Below are positions 1-12,000 of a stretch of DNA of 64,000 nt, in pieces; positions within the stretch are counted from its first letter, which is position 1; every line of letters begins with the position of its first letter. This stretch comes from Nemertoderma westbladi. Lineage: Eukaryota; Animalia; Xenacoelomorpha. The translations under genes and the position numbers were made by a program. The notes under the pieces were generated by a model that was not told where the DNA came from, did not search any database, and worked only from the letters and a program-made list of their open reading frames with translations. Location: assembly GCA_032718475.1 (NCBI GenBank), contig JAUCBJ010004643.1:1-64000 (forward strand), in the 5' to 3' direction.

Positions 1-313
1 GATCTAGTTAAGGTTCAATATGGTACCGAATTACCTTAGGTTACCTGGGATATTAACTTAACAGTACAGTATGTAAACTGTAACTTCGTTGTTCTGCTGT
101 ATATACTTATTAGTTTGTTTATTTTTCTCGGTATTCATCCACTGTCGAAATTTCATCGGAAATATGATAAACAGTGATCTCAAGATTAAGAGCCTGTCTG
201 CCGCCAGGCAGTTTCATTGGATTCTTTCAAAGAACAACTTCTCGGTTCCTAATAACGGCAATAAAATAATTATAAGAAGGGCATACGGCGCGGTTCTTAC
301 CACAGTGATAGAT

Positions 314-541
314 GCGTAACACATTTATCGTAGCGTAACACATTTATCGTAGCGTAACACATTTATCGTAGCGTAACACATTTATCGTAGCGTAACACAT
401 TTATCGTAGCGTAACACATTTATCGTAGCGTAACACATTTATCGTAGCGTAACACATTTATCGTAGCGTAACACATTTATCGTAGCGTAACACATTTATA
501 GTAGCGTAACACATTTATCGTAGCGTAACACATTTATCGTA
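314..541. repeat. 19-bp minisatellite, 12 copies (GCGTAACACATTTATCGTA)
   Basis: Near-perfect tandem unit read directly; 228 bp = 12 x 19, one C>A variant. Confidence 0.95.
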
Positions 542-951
542 ATGCGCTTTAGGTGCTCTACTTCTACTTGAAAAAGTTGTACAGTATAGTAAGGGTTTGT
601 ATATAAATCCTATTTTACTTACCGGTTTACATTATTAATAGTAATATAATGCACAATATGGTACACAATTTACATGATTAAATTAACATAATAAATTTGT
701 ATTTATAATTTAAAATAGATTAGGCCTACATACTGTATTTATATATTTATTAGAGGCCCTATAATGTAAGCTAATAGTTTCCTCCCAGAGTAAGAAGGTA
801 AGATGTCTATCGCGTCTCTATCAAAATGTAGACCTTAATAATTAATTGTTAAATATAATAATGGTGGGAAATTATGTTTATTCAGATTATTTTGTTTGTG
901 CATTATATACTGCAGCTTAATATAAGTTTTGTAATAATTTCATAAATTCTT

Positions 952-2409
952 TCAATAATTTTGCTTCAATTCCTCTAAAACGCTAGAGAATTTCTCTAGA
1001 AATATTTCCACATGATATTCCTGGAATGTGAGTGAGGGTCTCGTCCTAATAGCCCGCGGCCCACTAATTCCAACGTAGATTCCTTTCCCTCGAAGTTGAG
1101 TCGTAATAATGGTTCTAAGCGCGGGTGTGGCGATATCGACTGCACATAAAGTTCCTGCTCCTCTTACATTAGATAGAAAGTTGGGGTACGTCACCGAAAG
1201 TTCAAACAATCCCTTCTGGAGAATTTCACCAACTTTTCGAACATTATTCAACAAATCCTTGGACTTCATTTCTTTCAAGAACGCTTCAAGAAGGATAACT
1301 TTCGATGGATCTCCAACCCAAGGCTTGTGAGATTTGAATCGATTATCCAGTGCGCTATTACGTTTGGAATAAAAACCGCCAGTCATCATTTTCTTGCTGA
1401 ATGTCACCATGTCTGGCGATTCAGGGAGATCAAACAGTTCGTGCATCCACATCGCCCCAGTTGCGCCACCACCTGTCTGAACTTCATCAATAATCAACGC
1501 AACATTGTTTGATTTACATATACGTTGAATAGAGCGAAAGAAATTACCAGAGGCGTGGTTATCACCCCCTTCAGACTGAATTGGTTCTATAATCACCCCG
1601 GCAACAGGGCAGTGATGACTCCACCTTTCAATAAGATCTTCGACCATCGCTAAACACCGTTCTTCTTCTTTCTTATTCTCAACAACGTGCTCATCAAGGG
1701 GGTATTGTAGTTGCGGAAAATCCGCAATTGGCCAATCGAAAGCAGGTAAATCTAATTTATGGATTGGACTTGTGTGGGTGGTACTTAACACCGTAAAAAG
1801 TCTCCCGTGGAATGCGTTTGCGAAGGATAGAATGGATCCTTGATGATCTGGCTTGTTTCTATCTGGTTCGGAATTTTCGTTACCAGCTACGCCTCTCATA
1901 AATATTTGTTTGACAGCACTTTCATTAGCTCCAGCTCCACACTCAGTTTGCGAAACTTCATTCAAGCCACATGGCGCCACTGACATCAACGTGTTTACCA
2001 GACGGTTCTGGAAATTACTTGGTGGGAACGTGGATAGATCTGGCCGGTTCACAAAGAAGCTCGCATTTTTCGGATCTGTGATGGCCTCGATAATAGCTGG
2101 ATGATTATAACCCAGGGCAACTGAGCTGATCTGCATGAACATGTCGAGAAGACGGTTGCCGTCTGCGTCGACTATAAAGTTCCCATGACTCATCTCGTAA
2201 TCAACGAAGAAGTTTACCGCACCCGGGTTCTGTAATTTGGTAATTTCTTCGAGTAAGATGTTCGATTTGGGCCCTGGGCATTCTGATAACATGTATATTG
2301 AATCGTGGTCGTTAGGAAATAGTTTCCGCTCATTAGATTGGCATCGATACGACAGTTTCGACGATTTTCCCAGGCGATGTACATTTCGACTCAATAGATT
2401 CGCTAACAT
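952..2409 (-). CDS. ABAT: 4-aminobutyrate aminotransferase-like paralog (divergent copy 1), intronless, 485 aa
   Basis: Class-III PLP aminotransferase motifs DADGNRLLD, FHGR, EPIQSEGGD, DEVQTGGG, TFSKK (PLP lysine); Arg/Ser-rich N-terminus resembling a mitochondrial transit peptide; colinear with the copy at 59468-60994. Confidence 0.9.
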   Translation of the reverse strand: MLANLLSRNVHRLGKSSKLSYRCQSNERKLFPNDHDSIYMLSECPGPKSNILLEEITKLQNPGAVNFFVDYEMSHGNFIVDADGNRLLDMFMQISSVALGYNHPAIIEAITDPKNASFFVNRPDLSTFPPSNFQNRLVNTLMSVAPCGLNEVSQTECGAGANESAVKQIFMRGVAGNENSEPDRNKPDHQGSILSFANAFHGRLFTVLSTTHTSPIHKLDLPAFDWPIADFPQLQYPLDEHVVENKKEEERCLAMVEDLIERWSHHCPVAGVIIEPIQSEGGDNHASGNFFRSIQRICKSNNVALIIDEVQTGGGATGAMWMHELFDLPESPDMVTFSKKMMTGGFYSKRNSALDNRFKSHKPWVGDPSKVILLEAFLKEMKSKDLLNNVRKVGEILQKGLFELSVTYPNFLSNVRGAGTLCAVDIATPALRTIITTQLRGKGIYVGISGPRAIRTRPSLTFQEYHVEIFLEKFSSVLEELKQNY

Positions 2410-2819
2410 TTTGTCATTCGAAGAAACTGTATTATCCCTTGATGAATGATTTAATATTGATTGAATGAATGTTTATTTACCATAATCTAATTTGAAACAA
2501 AAAGATAATATTATAATAATATACTAAAAAAATCACTGATCCCAAATGAAATGTAGTACACAAGTAACTTTTATATCAAACAGTCAGGGCCGCCGGACAC
2601 ACTATCTCGGGGCCGACCTAGAGTACAAACAACTAGGCCCTATATTAAATTTAGTGCAATTTCAATATATAAGTTATGGTAAATATACAATCATTCCATA
2701 ATGTATTATCCCATGTTCTTCCTACAGTAATACCTACAAATAAACACATAGGTCTGAAGCTGTAGTTATTTAAGAACACCTAAAACGGGGAACCAAAACA
2801 ATAAACTAAAGCCAAATAT

Positions 2820-2900
2820 AACAGGTTACAGTTTTATTTTTGAGAGTAATCAGCTGTTATTTGCGTCGAATTTCCCCTGGAGAGGGATGAATTTTTATTG
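2820..2900 (+). repeat. ~80-bp dispersed repeat, also at ~32115-32210; possible LINE/SINE 3' end remnant
   Basis: aatcagctgttatttgcgtcgaatttcccctggagagggatgaattttt matches aatcagctgattttagcgtcgactttccccaggagagggataaattttg, which is followed by a TTTGAA-like tail. Confidence 0.45.
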
Positions 2901-2949
2901 CTTCCAGTTTCCACCTCTATTTGCCAGGTTGGTAATCCTACAGTATTAC

Positions 2950-3043
2950 ATGACCTCGGCGTAAAGGTGTATTCGCCATAAAGGGGATCTCGTGTATTAT
3001 GCAATAAGAGCCCTACATTGATTGCCATATAACAGCACAGGCT
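2950..3043 (-). pseudogene. Degenerate RTE-like LINE ORF fragment continuous with the satellite monomer
   Basis: Minus-strand translation ...AAVQPVLLYGNQCRALIA*YTRS aligns with AAVVPVLLYGSPCWALTAEDTKS of the RT ORF at ~63630-63700. Confidence 0.75.
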
Positions 3044-6000
3044 GTACTGCAGCCGGGAATAAACTTACCTACAGATAATGTTTGATTCCATGTGATTTCC
3101 TTAACCTTGTAATTACTGCAGCCCGGAATAAACTTACCAACGGATAATGTTTGATTCCATGTGATTTCCTTAGCCTTGTAAGTACTGCAGCCCGGAATAA
3201 ACTTACCAGCAGATAATGTTTGATTCCATGTGATTGTAATTCTGCAGCCCGGAATAAACTTACCTACAGATAATGTTTGATTCCATGTGATTTCCTTAAC
3301 CTTGTAAGTACTGCAGCCCGCAATAAACTTACCAACGGATAATGTTTGATTCCATGTGATTTCCTTAGCCTTGTAAGTACTGCAGCCCGGAATAAACTTA
3401 CCAGCAGATAATGTTTGATTCCATGTGATTGTAATTCTGCAGCCCGGAATAAACTTACCAACAGATAATGTTTGATTCCATGTGATTTCCTTAACCTTGT
3501 AATTACTGCAGCCCGGAATAAACTTACCAACAGATAATGTTTGATTCCATGTGATTTCCTTAACCTTGTAAGTACTGCAGCCCGGAATAAACTTATCAAC
3601 GGATAATGTTTGATTCCATGTGATTTCCTTAACCTTGAAAGTACTGCAGCCCGGAATAAACTTACCTACAGATAATGTTTGATTCCATGTGATTTCCTTA
3701 ACCTTGTAAGTACTGCAGCCCGGAATAAACTTACCTACAGATAATGTTTGATTCCATGTGATTTCCTTAACCTTGTAAGTACTGCAGCCCGGAATAAACT
3801 TACCTACAGATAATGTTTGATTCCATGTGATTGTAATTCTGCGGTCCGGAATAAGCTTACCTACAGATAATGTTTGATTCCATGTGATTTCCTTAACCTT
3901 GTAAGTAATGCAGCCCGGAATAAACTTACCTACAGATAATGTTTGATTCCATGTGATTTCCTTAACCTTGTAAGTACTGCAGCCCGGAATAAACTTACCT
4001 ACAGATAATGTTTGATTCCATGAGATTTCCTTAACGTTGTAAGTACTACAGCCCGGAATAAACTTACCTACAGATAATGTTTGATTCCATGTGATTGTAA
4101 TTCTGCAGCCCGGAATATACTTACCTACAGATAATGTTTGATTCCATGTGATTTCCTTAACCTTGTAAGTACTGCAGCCCGGAATAAACTTACCTACAGA
4201 TAATGTTTGATTCCATGTGATTTCCTTAACCTTGTAAGTACTGCAGCCCGGAATAAACTTACCTACAGATAATGTTTGATTCCATGTGATTTCCTTAACT
4301 TTGTAAGTACTGCAGCCCGGAATAAACTTACCTACAGATAATGTTTGATTCCATGTGATTTCGTTAACCTTGCAAGTACTGCAGCCCGGAATAAACTTAC
4401 CTACAGATAATGTTTGATTCCATGTGATTTCCTTAACCTTGTAAGTACTGCAGCCCGGAATAAACTTACCTACAGATAATGTTTGATTCCATGTGATTGT
4501 AATTCTGCGGTCCGGAATAAGCTTACCTACAGATAATGTTTGATTCCATGTGATTTCCTTAACCTTGTAAGTAATGCAGCCCGGAATAAACTTACCTACA
4601 GATAATGTTTGATTCCATGTGATTTCCTTAACCTTGTAAGTACTGCAGCCCGGAATAAACTTACCTACAGATAATGTTTGATTCCATGTGATTTCCTTAA
4701 CGTTGTAAGTACTGCAGCCCGGAATAAACTTACCAACAGATAATGTTTGATTCCATGTGATTTCCTTAACCTTGTAAGTACTACAGCCCGGAATAAACTT
4801 ACCTACAGATAATGTTTGATTCCATGTGATTGTAATTCTGCAGCCCGGAATATACTTACCTACAGATAATGTTTGATTCCATGTGATTTCCTTAACCTTG
4901 TAAGTACTGCAGCCCGGAATAAACTTACCTACAGATAATGTTTGATTCCATGTGATTTCCTTAACCTTGTAAGTACTGCAGCCCGGAATAAACTTACCTA
5001 CAGATAATGTTTGATTCCATGTGATTTCCTTAACTTTGTAAGTACTGCAGCCCGGAATAAACTTACCTACAGATAATGTTTGATTCCATGTGATTTCGTT
5101 AACCTTGCAAGTACTGCAGCCCGGAATAAACTTACCAACAGATAATGTTTGATTCCATGTGATTTCCTTAACCTTGTAAGTACTATAGCCCGGAATAAAC
5201 TTACCAACAGATAATGTTTGATTCCATGTGATTTCCTTAACCTTGTAAGTACTGCAGCCCGGAATAAACTTACCTACAGATAATGTTTGATATCATATGA
5301 TTTCCTTAACCTTGTAAGTACTGCAGCCCGGAATAAACTTACCTACAGATAATTTTTGATTCCATGTGATTTCCTTAACCTTGTAAGTATTGCAGCCCGG
5401 AATAAACTTTCCTACAGATAATGTTTGATTCCATGTGATTCCCTTAGCCTTGTAAGTACTGCAGCCCTTTTAATAAACTTACCTACAGATAATGTTTGAT
5501 TCTATGTGATTTCCTTAACCTTGTAAGTACTGCAGCCCGGAATAAACTTACCAACAGATAATGTTTGATTCCATGTGATTTCCTTAACCTTGTAAGTACT
5601 GCAGCCCGGAATAAACTTACCTACAGATAATGTTTGATTCCATGTGATTTCCTTAGCCTTGTAAGTACTGCAGCCCGGAATAAACTTACCTACAGATAAT
5701 GTTTGATTCCATGTGATTTCCTTAACCTTGTAAGTACTGCAGCCCGGAATAAACTAGATACAGATAATGTTTGATTCCATGTGATTTCCTTAACCTTGTA
5801 AGTACTGCAGCCCGGAATAAACTTACCAACAGATAATGTTTGATTCCATGTGATTTCCTTAACCTTGTAAGTACTGCAGCCCGGAATAAACTTACCAACA
5901 GATAATGTATGATTCCATGTGATTTCTTTGACCTTGTAAGTACTGCAGCCTGGAATAAACTTACCTACAGATAATGTTTGATTCCATGTGATTTCCTTAG

Positions 6001-9000
6001 CCTTGTAAGTCCTGCAGCCCGGAATAAACTTACCTACAGATAATGTTTGATTCCATGTGATTTCCTTAACCTTGTAAGTACTGCAGCCCGGAATAAACTT
6101 ACCTACAGATAATGTTTGATTCCATGTGATTTCCTTAGCCTTGTAAGTACTGCAGCCCGGAATAAACTTACCTACAGATAATGTTTGATTCCATGTGATT
6201 TCCTAAACCTTGTAAGTACTGCAGCCCGGAATAAACTTACCTACAGATAATGTTTGATTCCATGTGATTTCCTTAACCTTGTAAGTACTGCAGCCCGGAA
6301 TAAACTTACCTACAGATAATGTTTGATTCCATGTGATTGTAATTCTGCAGCCCGGAATAAACTTACCTACAGATAATGTTTGATTCCATGTGATTTCCTT
6401 TACCTTGTAAGTACTGCAGCCCGGAATAAACTTACCTACAGATAATGTTTGATTCCATGTGATTGTAATTCTGCAGCCCGGAATAAACTTACCTACAGAT
6501 AATGTTAGATTCCATGTGATTTCCTTAACCTTGTAAGTACTGCAGCCCGGAATAAACTTACCTACAGATAATGTTTGATTCCATGTGATTTCTTTAACCT
6601 TGTAAGTACTGCAGCCCGGAATAAACTTACCTACAGATAATGTTTGATTCCATGTGATTTCCTTAACCTTGTAAGTACTGCAGCCCGGAATAAACTTACC
6701 TACAGATAATGTTTGATTCCATGTGATTGTAATTCTGCAGCCCGGAATAAACTTACCTACAGATAATGTTTGATTCCATGTGATTTCGTTAACCTTGCAA
6801 GTACTGCAGCCCGGAATAAACTTACCTACAGATAATGTTTGATTCCATGTGATTTCCTTAACCTTGTAAGTACTACAGCCCGGAATAAACTTACCAACAG
6901 ATAATGTTTGATTCCATGTGATTTCCTTAACCTTGTAAGTACTATAGCCCGGAATAAACTTACCAACAGATAGTGTTTGATTCCATGTGATTTCCTTAAC
7001 CTTGTAAGTACTGCAGCCCGGAATAAACTTACCTACAGATAATGTTTGATATCATATGATTTCCTTAACCTTGTAAGTACTGCAGCCCGGAAAAAACTTA
7101 CCTACAGATAATTTTTGATTCCATGTGAATTCCTTAACCTTGTAAGTACTGCAGCCCGGAATAAACTTACCTACAGATAATGTTTGATATCATACAGTAT
7201 GATTTCCTTAACCTTGTAAGTACTGCAGCCCTTTTAATACACTTACCTACAGATAATGTTTGATTCCATGTGATTTCCTTAGCCTTGTAAGTACTGCAGC
7301 CCTTTTAATAAACTTACCTACAGATAATGTTTGATTCCATGTGATTTCCTTAACCTTGTAAGTACTGCAGCCCGGAATAAACTTACCAACAGATAATGTT
7401 TGATTCCATGTGATTTCCTTAATCTTGTAAGTACTGCAGCTCGGAATAAACTTACCTACAGATAATGTTTGATTCAATGTGATTTCCTTAGCCTTGTAAG
7501 TACTGCAGCCCGGAATAAACTTACCTACAGATAATGTTTGATTCCATGTGATTTCCTTAACCTTGTAAGTACTGCAACCCGGAATAAACTAGATACAGAT
7601 AATGTTTGATTCCATGTGATTTCCTTTACCTTGTAAGTACTGCAGCCCGGAATAAACTTACCAACAGATAATGTTTGATTCCATGTGATTTCCTTTACCT
7701 TGTAAGTACTGCAGCCCGGAATAAACTTACCTACAGATAATGTTTGATTCCATGTGATTTCCTTAGCCTTGTAAGTACTGCAGCCCGGAATAAACTTACC
7801 TACAGATAATGTTTGATTCCATGTGATTTCCTTAACCTTGTAAGTACTGCAGCCCGGAATAAACTTACCTACAGATAATGTTTGATTCCATGTGATTTCC
7901 TTAGCCTTGTAAGTACTGCAGCCCGGAATAAACTTACCTACAGATAATGTTTGATTCCATGTGATTTCCTTAACCTTGTAAGTACTGCAGCCCGGAATAA
8001 ACTTACCTACAGATAATGTTTGATTCCATGTGATTTCCTTAACCTTGTAAGTACTGCAGCCCGGAATAAACTAGATACAGATAATGTTTGATTCCATGTG
8101 ATTTCCTTAACCTTGTAAGTGCTGCAGCCCGGAATAAACTTACCAACAGATAATGTATGATTCCATGTGATTTCTTTGACCTTGTAAGTACTGCAGCCCG
8201 GAATAAACTTACCTACAGATAATGTTTGATTCCATGTGATTTCCTTAACCTTGTAAGTACTGCAGCCCGGAATAAACTTACCAACAGATAATGTTTGATT
8301 CCATGTGATTTCCTTAACCTTGTAAGTACTGCAGCCCGGAATAAACTTACCTACAGATATTGTTTGATTCCATGTGATTTCCTTAGCCTTGTAAGTACTG
8401 CAGCCCTTTTAATAAACTTACCTACAGATAATGTTTGATTCCATGTGATTTCCTTAACCTTGTAAGTACTGCAGCCCGGAATAAACTTACCAACAGATAA
8501 TGTTTGATTCCATGTGATTTCCTTAACCTTGTAAGTACTGCAGCCCGGAATAAACTTACCTACAGATAATGTTTGATTCCATGTGATTTCCTTAGCCTTG
8601 TAAGTACTGCAGCCCTTTTAATAAACTTACCTACAGATAATGTTTGATTCCATGTGATATCCTTAACCTTGTAAGTACTGCAGCCCGGAATAAACTTACC
8701 TACAGATAATGTTTGATTCCATGTGATTTCCTTAGCCTTGTAAGTACTGCAGCCCGGAATAAACTTACCTACAGATAATGTTTGATTCCATGTGATTTCC
8801 TTAACCTTGTAAGTACTGCAGCCCGGAATAAACTTACCTACAGATAATGTTTGATTCCATGTGATGGTAATTATGCATTCCGGAATAAACTTACCTACAG
8901 ATAATGTTTGATTCCATGTGATTTACTTAACCTTGTAAGTACTGCAGCCCGGAATAAACTTACCTACAGATAATGTTTGATTCCATGTGATTTCCTTAAC

Positions 9001-12000
9001 CTTGTAAGTACTGCAGCCCGGAATAAACTTACCAACAGATAATGTTTGATTCCATGTGATTTCCTTAACCTTGTAAGTACTGCAGCCCGGAATAAACTTA
9101 CCTACAGATAATGTTTGATATCATATGATTTCCTTAACCTTGTAAGTACTGCAGCCCGGAATAAACTTACCTACAGATAATGTTTGATTCCATGTGATTT
9201 CCTTAACCTTGTAAGTACTGCAGCCCGGAATAAACTTACCTACAGATAATGTTTGATTCCATGTGATTTCCTTAACCTTGTAAGTACTGCAGCCCGGAAT
9301 AAACTTACCTACAGATAATGTTTGATTCCATGTGATTTCCTTAACCTTGTAAGTACTGCAGCCCGGAATAAACTTACCAACAGATAATGTTTGATTCCAT
9401 GTGATTTCCTTAACCTTGTAAGTACTGCAGCCCGGAATAAACTTACCTACAGATAATGTTTGATATCATATGATTTCCTTAACCTTGTAAGTACTGCAGC
9501 CCGGAATAAACTTACCTTCAGATAACGTTTGATTCCATGTGATTTCCTTAACCTTGTAAGTACTGCAGCCCGGAATAAACTTACCTACAGATAATGTTTG
9601 ATATCATATGATTTCCTTAACCTTGTAAGTACTGCAGCCCTTTTAATAAACTTACCTACAGATAATGTATGATTCCATGTGATTTCTTTGACCTTGTAAG
9701 TACTGCAGCCCGGAATAAACTTACCTACAGATAATGTTTGATTCCATGTGATTGTAATTCTGCAGCCCGGAATAAACTTACCTACAGATAATGTTTGATT
9801 CCATGTGATTTACTTAACCTTGTAAGTACTGCAGCCCGGAATAAACTTACCTACAGATAATGTTTGATTCCATGTGATTTCCTTAACCTTGTAAGTACTG
9901 CAGCCCGGAATAAACTTACCAACAGATAATGTTTGATTCCATGTGATTTCCTTAACCTTGTAAGTACTGCAGCCCGGAATAAACTTACCTACAGATAATG
10001 TTTGATATCATATGATTTCCTTAACCTTGTAAGTACTGCAGCCCGGAATAAACTTACCTACAGATAATGTTTGATTCCATGTGATTTCCTTAACCTTGTA
10101 AGTACTGCAGCCCGGAATAAACTTACCTACAGATAATGTTTGATTCCATGTGATTTCCTTAACCTTGTAAGTACTGCAGCCCGGAATAAACTTACCTACA
10201 GATAATGTTTGATTCCTTGTGATTTCCTTAACCTTGTAAGTACTGCAGCCCGGAATAAACTTACCAACAGATAATGTTTGATTCCATGTGATTTCCTTAA
10301 CCTTGTAAGTACTGCAGCCCGGAATAAACTTACCTACAGATAATGTTTGATATCATATGATTTCCTTAACCTTGTAAGTACTGCAGCCCGGAATAAACTT
10401 ACCTACAGATAATGTTTGATTCCATGTGATTTTCTTAACCTTGTAAGTACTGCAGCCCGGAATAAACTTACCAACAGATAATGTTTGATTCCATGTGATT
10501 TCCTTAACCTTGTAAGTACTGCAGCCCGGAATAAACTTACCTACAGATAATGTTTGATTCCATGTGATTTCCTTAGCCTTGTAAGTACTGCAGCCCGGAA
10601 TAAACTTACCTACAGATAATGTTTGATTCCATGTGATTTCCTTAACCTTGTAAGTACTGCAGCCCGGAATAAACTTACCTACAGATAATGTTTGATTCCA
10701 TGTGATTTCCTTAGCCTTGTAAGTACTGCAGCCCGGAATAAACTTACCTACAGATAATGTTTGATTCCATGTGATTTCCTTAACCTTGTAAGTACTGCAG
10801 CCCGGAATAAACTTACCTACAGATAATGTTTGATTCCATGTGATTTCCTTAACCTTGTAAGTACTGCAGCCCGGAATAAACTAGATACAGATAATGTTTG
10901 ATTCCATGTGATTTCCTTAACCTTGTAAGTGCTGCAGCCCGGAATAAACTTACCAACAGATAATGTATGATTCCATGTGATTTCTTTGACCTTGTAAGTA
11001 CTGCAGCCCGGAATAAACTTACCTACAGATAATGTTTGATTCCATGTGATTTTCTTAGCCTTGTAAGTACTGCAGCCCGGAATAAACTTACCTACAGATA
11101 ATGTTTGATTCCATGTGATTTCCTTAACCTTGTAAGTACTGCAGCCCGGAATAAACTTACCTACAGATAATGTTTGATTCCATGTGATTTCCTTAGCCTT
11201 GTAAGTACTGCAGCCCGGAATAAACTTACCTACAGATAATGTTTGATTCCATGTGATTTCCTTAGCCTTGTAAGTACTGCAGCCCGGAATAAACTTACCT
11301 ACAGATAATGTTTGATTCCATGTGATTTCCTTAGCCTTGTAAGTACTGCAGCCCGGAATAAACTTACCTACAGATAATGTTTGATTCCATGTGATTTCCT
11401 TAGCCTTGTAAGTACTGCAGCCCGGAATAAACTTACCTACAGATAATGTTTGATTCCATGTGATTTCCTTAACCTTGTAAGTACTGCAGCCCGGAATAAA
11501 CTTACCAACAGATAATGTTTGATTCCATGTGATTGATTTCCTTAACCTTGTAAGTACTGCAGCCCGGAATAAACTTACCTACAGATAATGTTTGATTCCA
11601 TGTGATTGTAATTATGTATTCCGGAATAAACTTACCTACAGATAATGTTTGATTCCATGTGATTTACTTAACCTTGTAAGTACTGCAGCCCGGAATAAAC
11701 TTACCTACAGATAATGTTTGATTCCATGTGATTTCCTTAACCTTGTAAGTACTGCAGCCCGGAATAAACTTACCAACAGATAATGTTTGATTCCATGTGA
11801 TTTCCTTAACCTTGTAAGTACTGCAGCCCGGAATAAACTTACCTACAGATAATGTTTGATATCATATGATTTCCTTAACCTTGTAAGTAATGCAGCCCGG
11901 AATAAACTTACCTACAGATAATGTTTGATTCCATGTGATTTCCTTAACCTTGTAAGTACTGCAGCCCGGAATAAACTTACCTACAGATAATGTTTGATTC

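Noticed and set aside
1109-2449. Short + strand ORFs over ABAT (and similar ones over ABAT copy 2, the LINEs, the Rep-helicase and BEL)
   Set aside because: Antisense or alternate-frame shadows of real coding sequence with no recognisable motifs.
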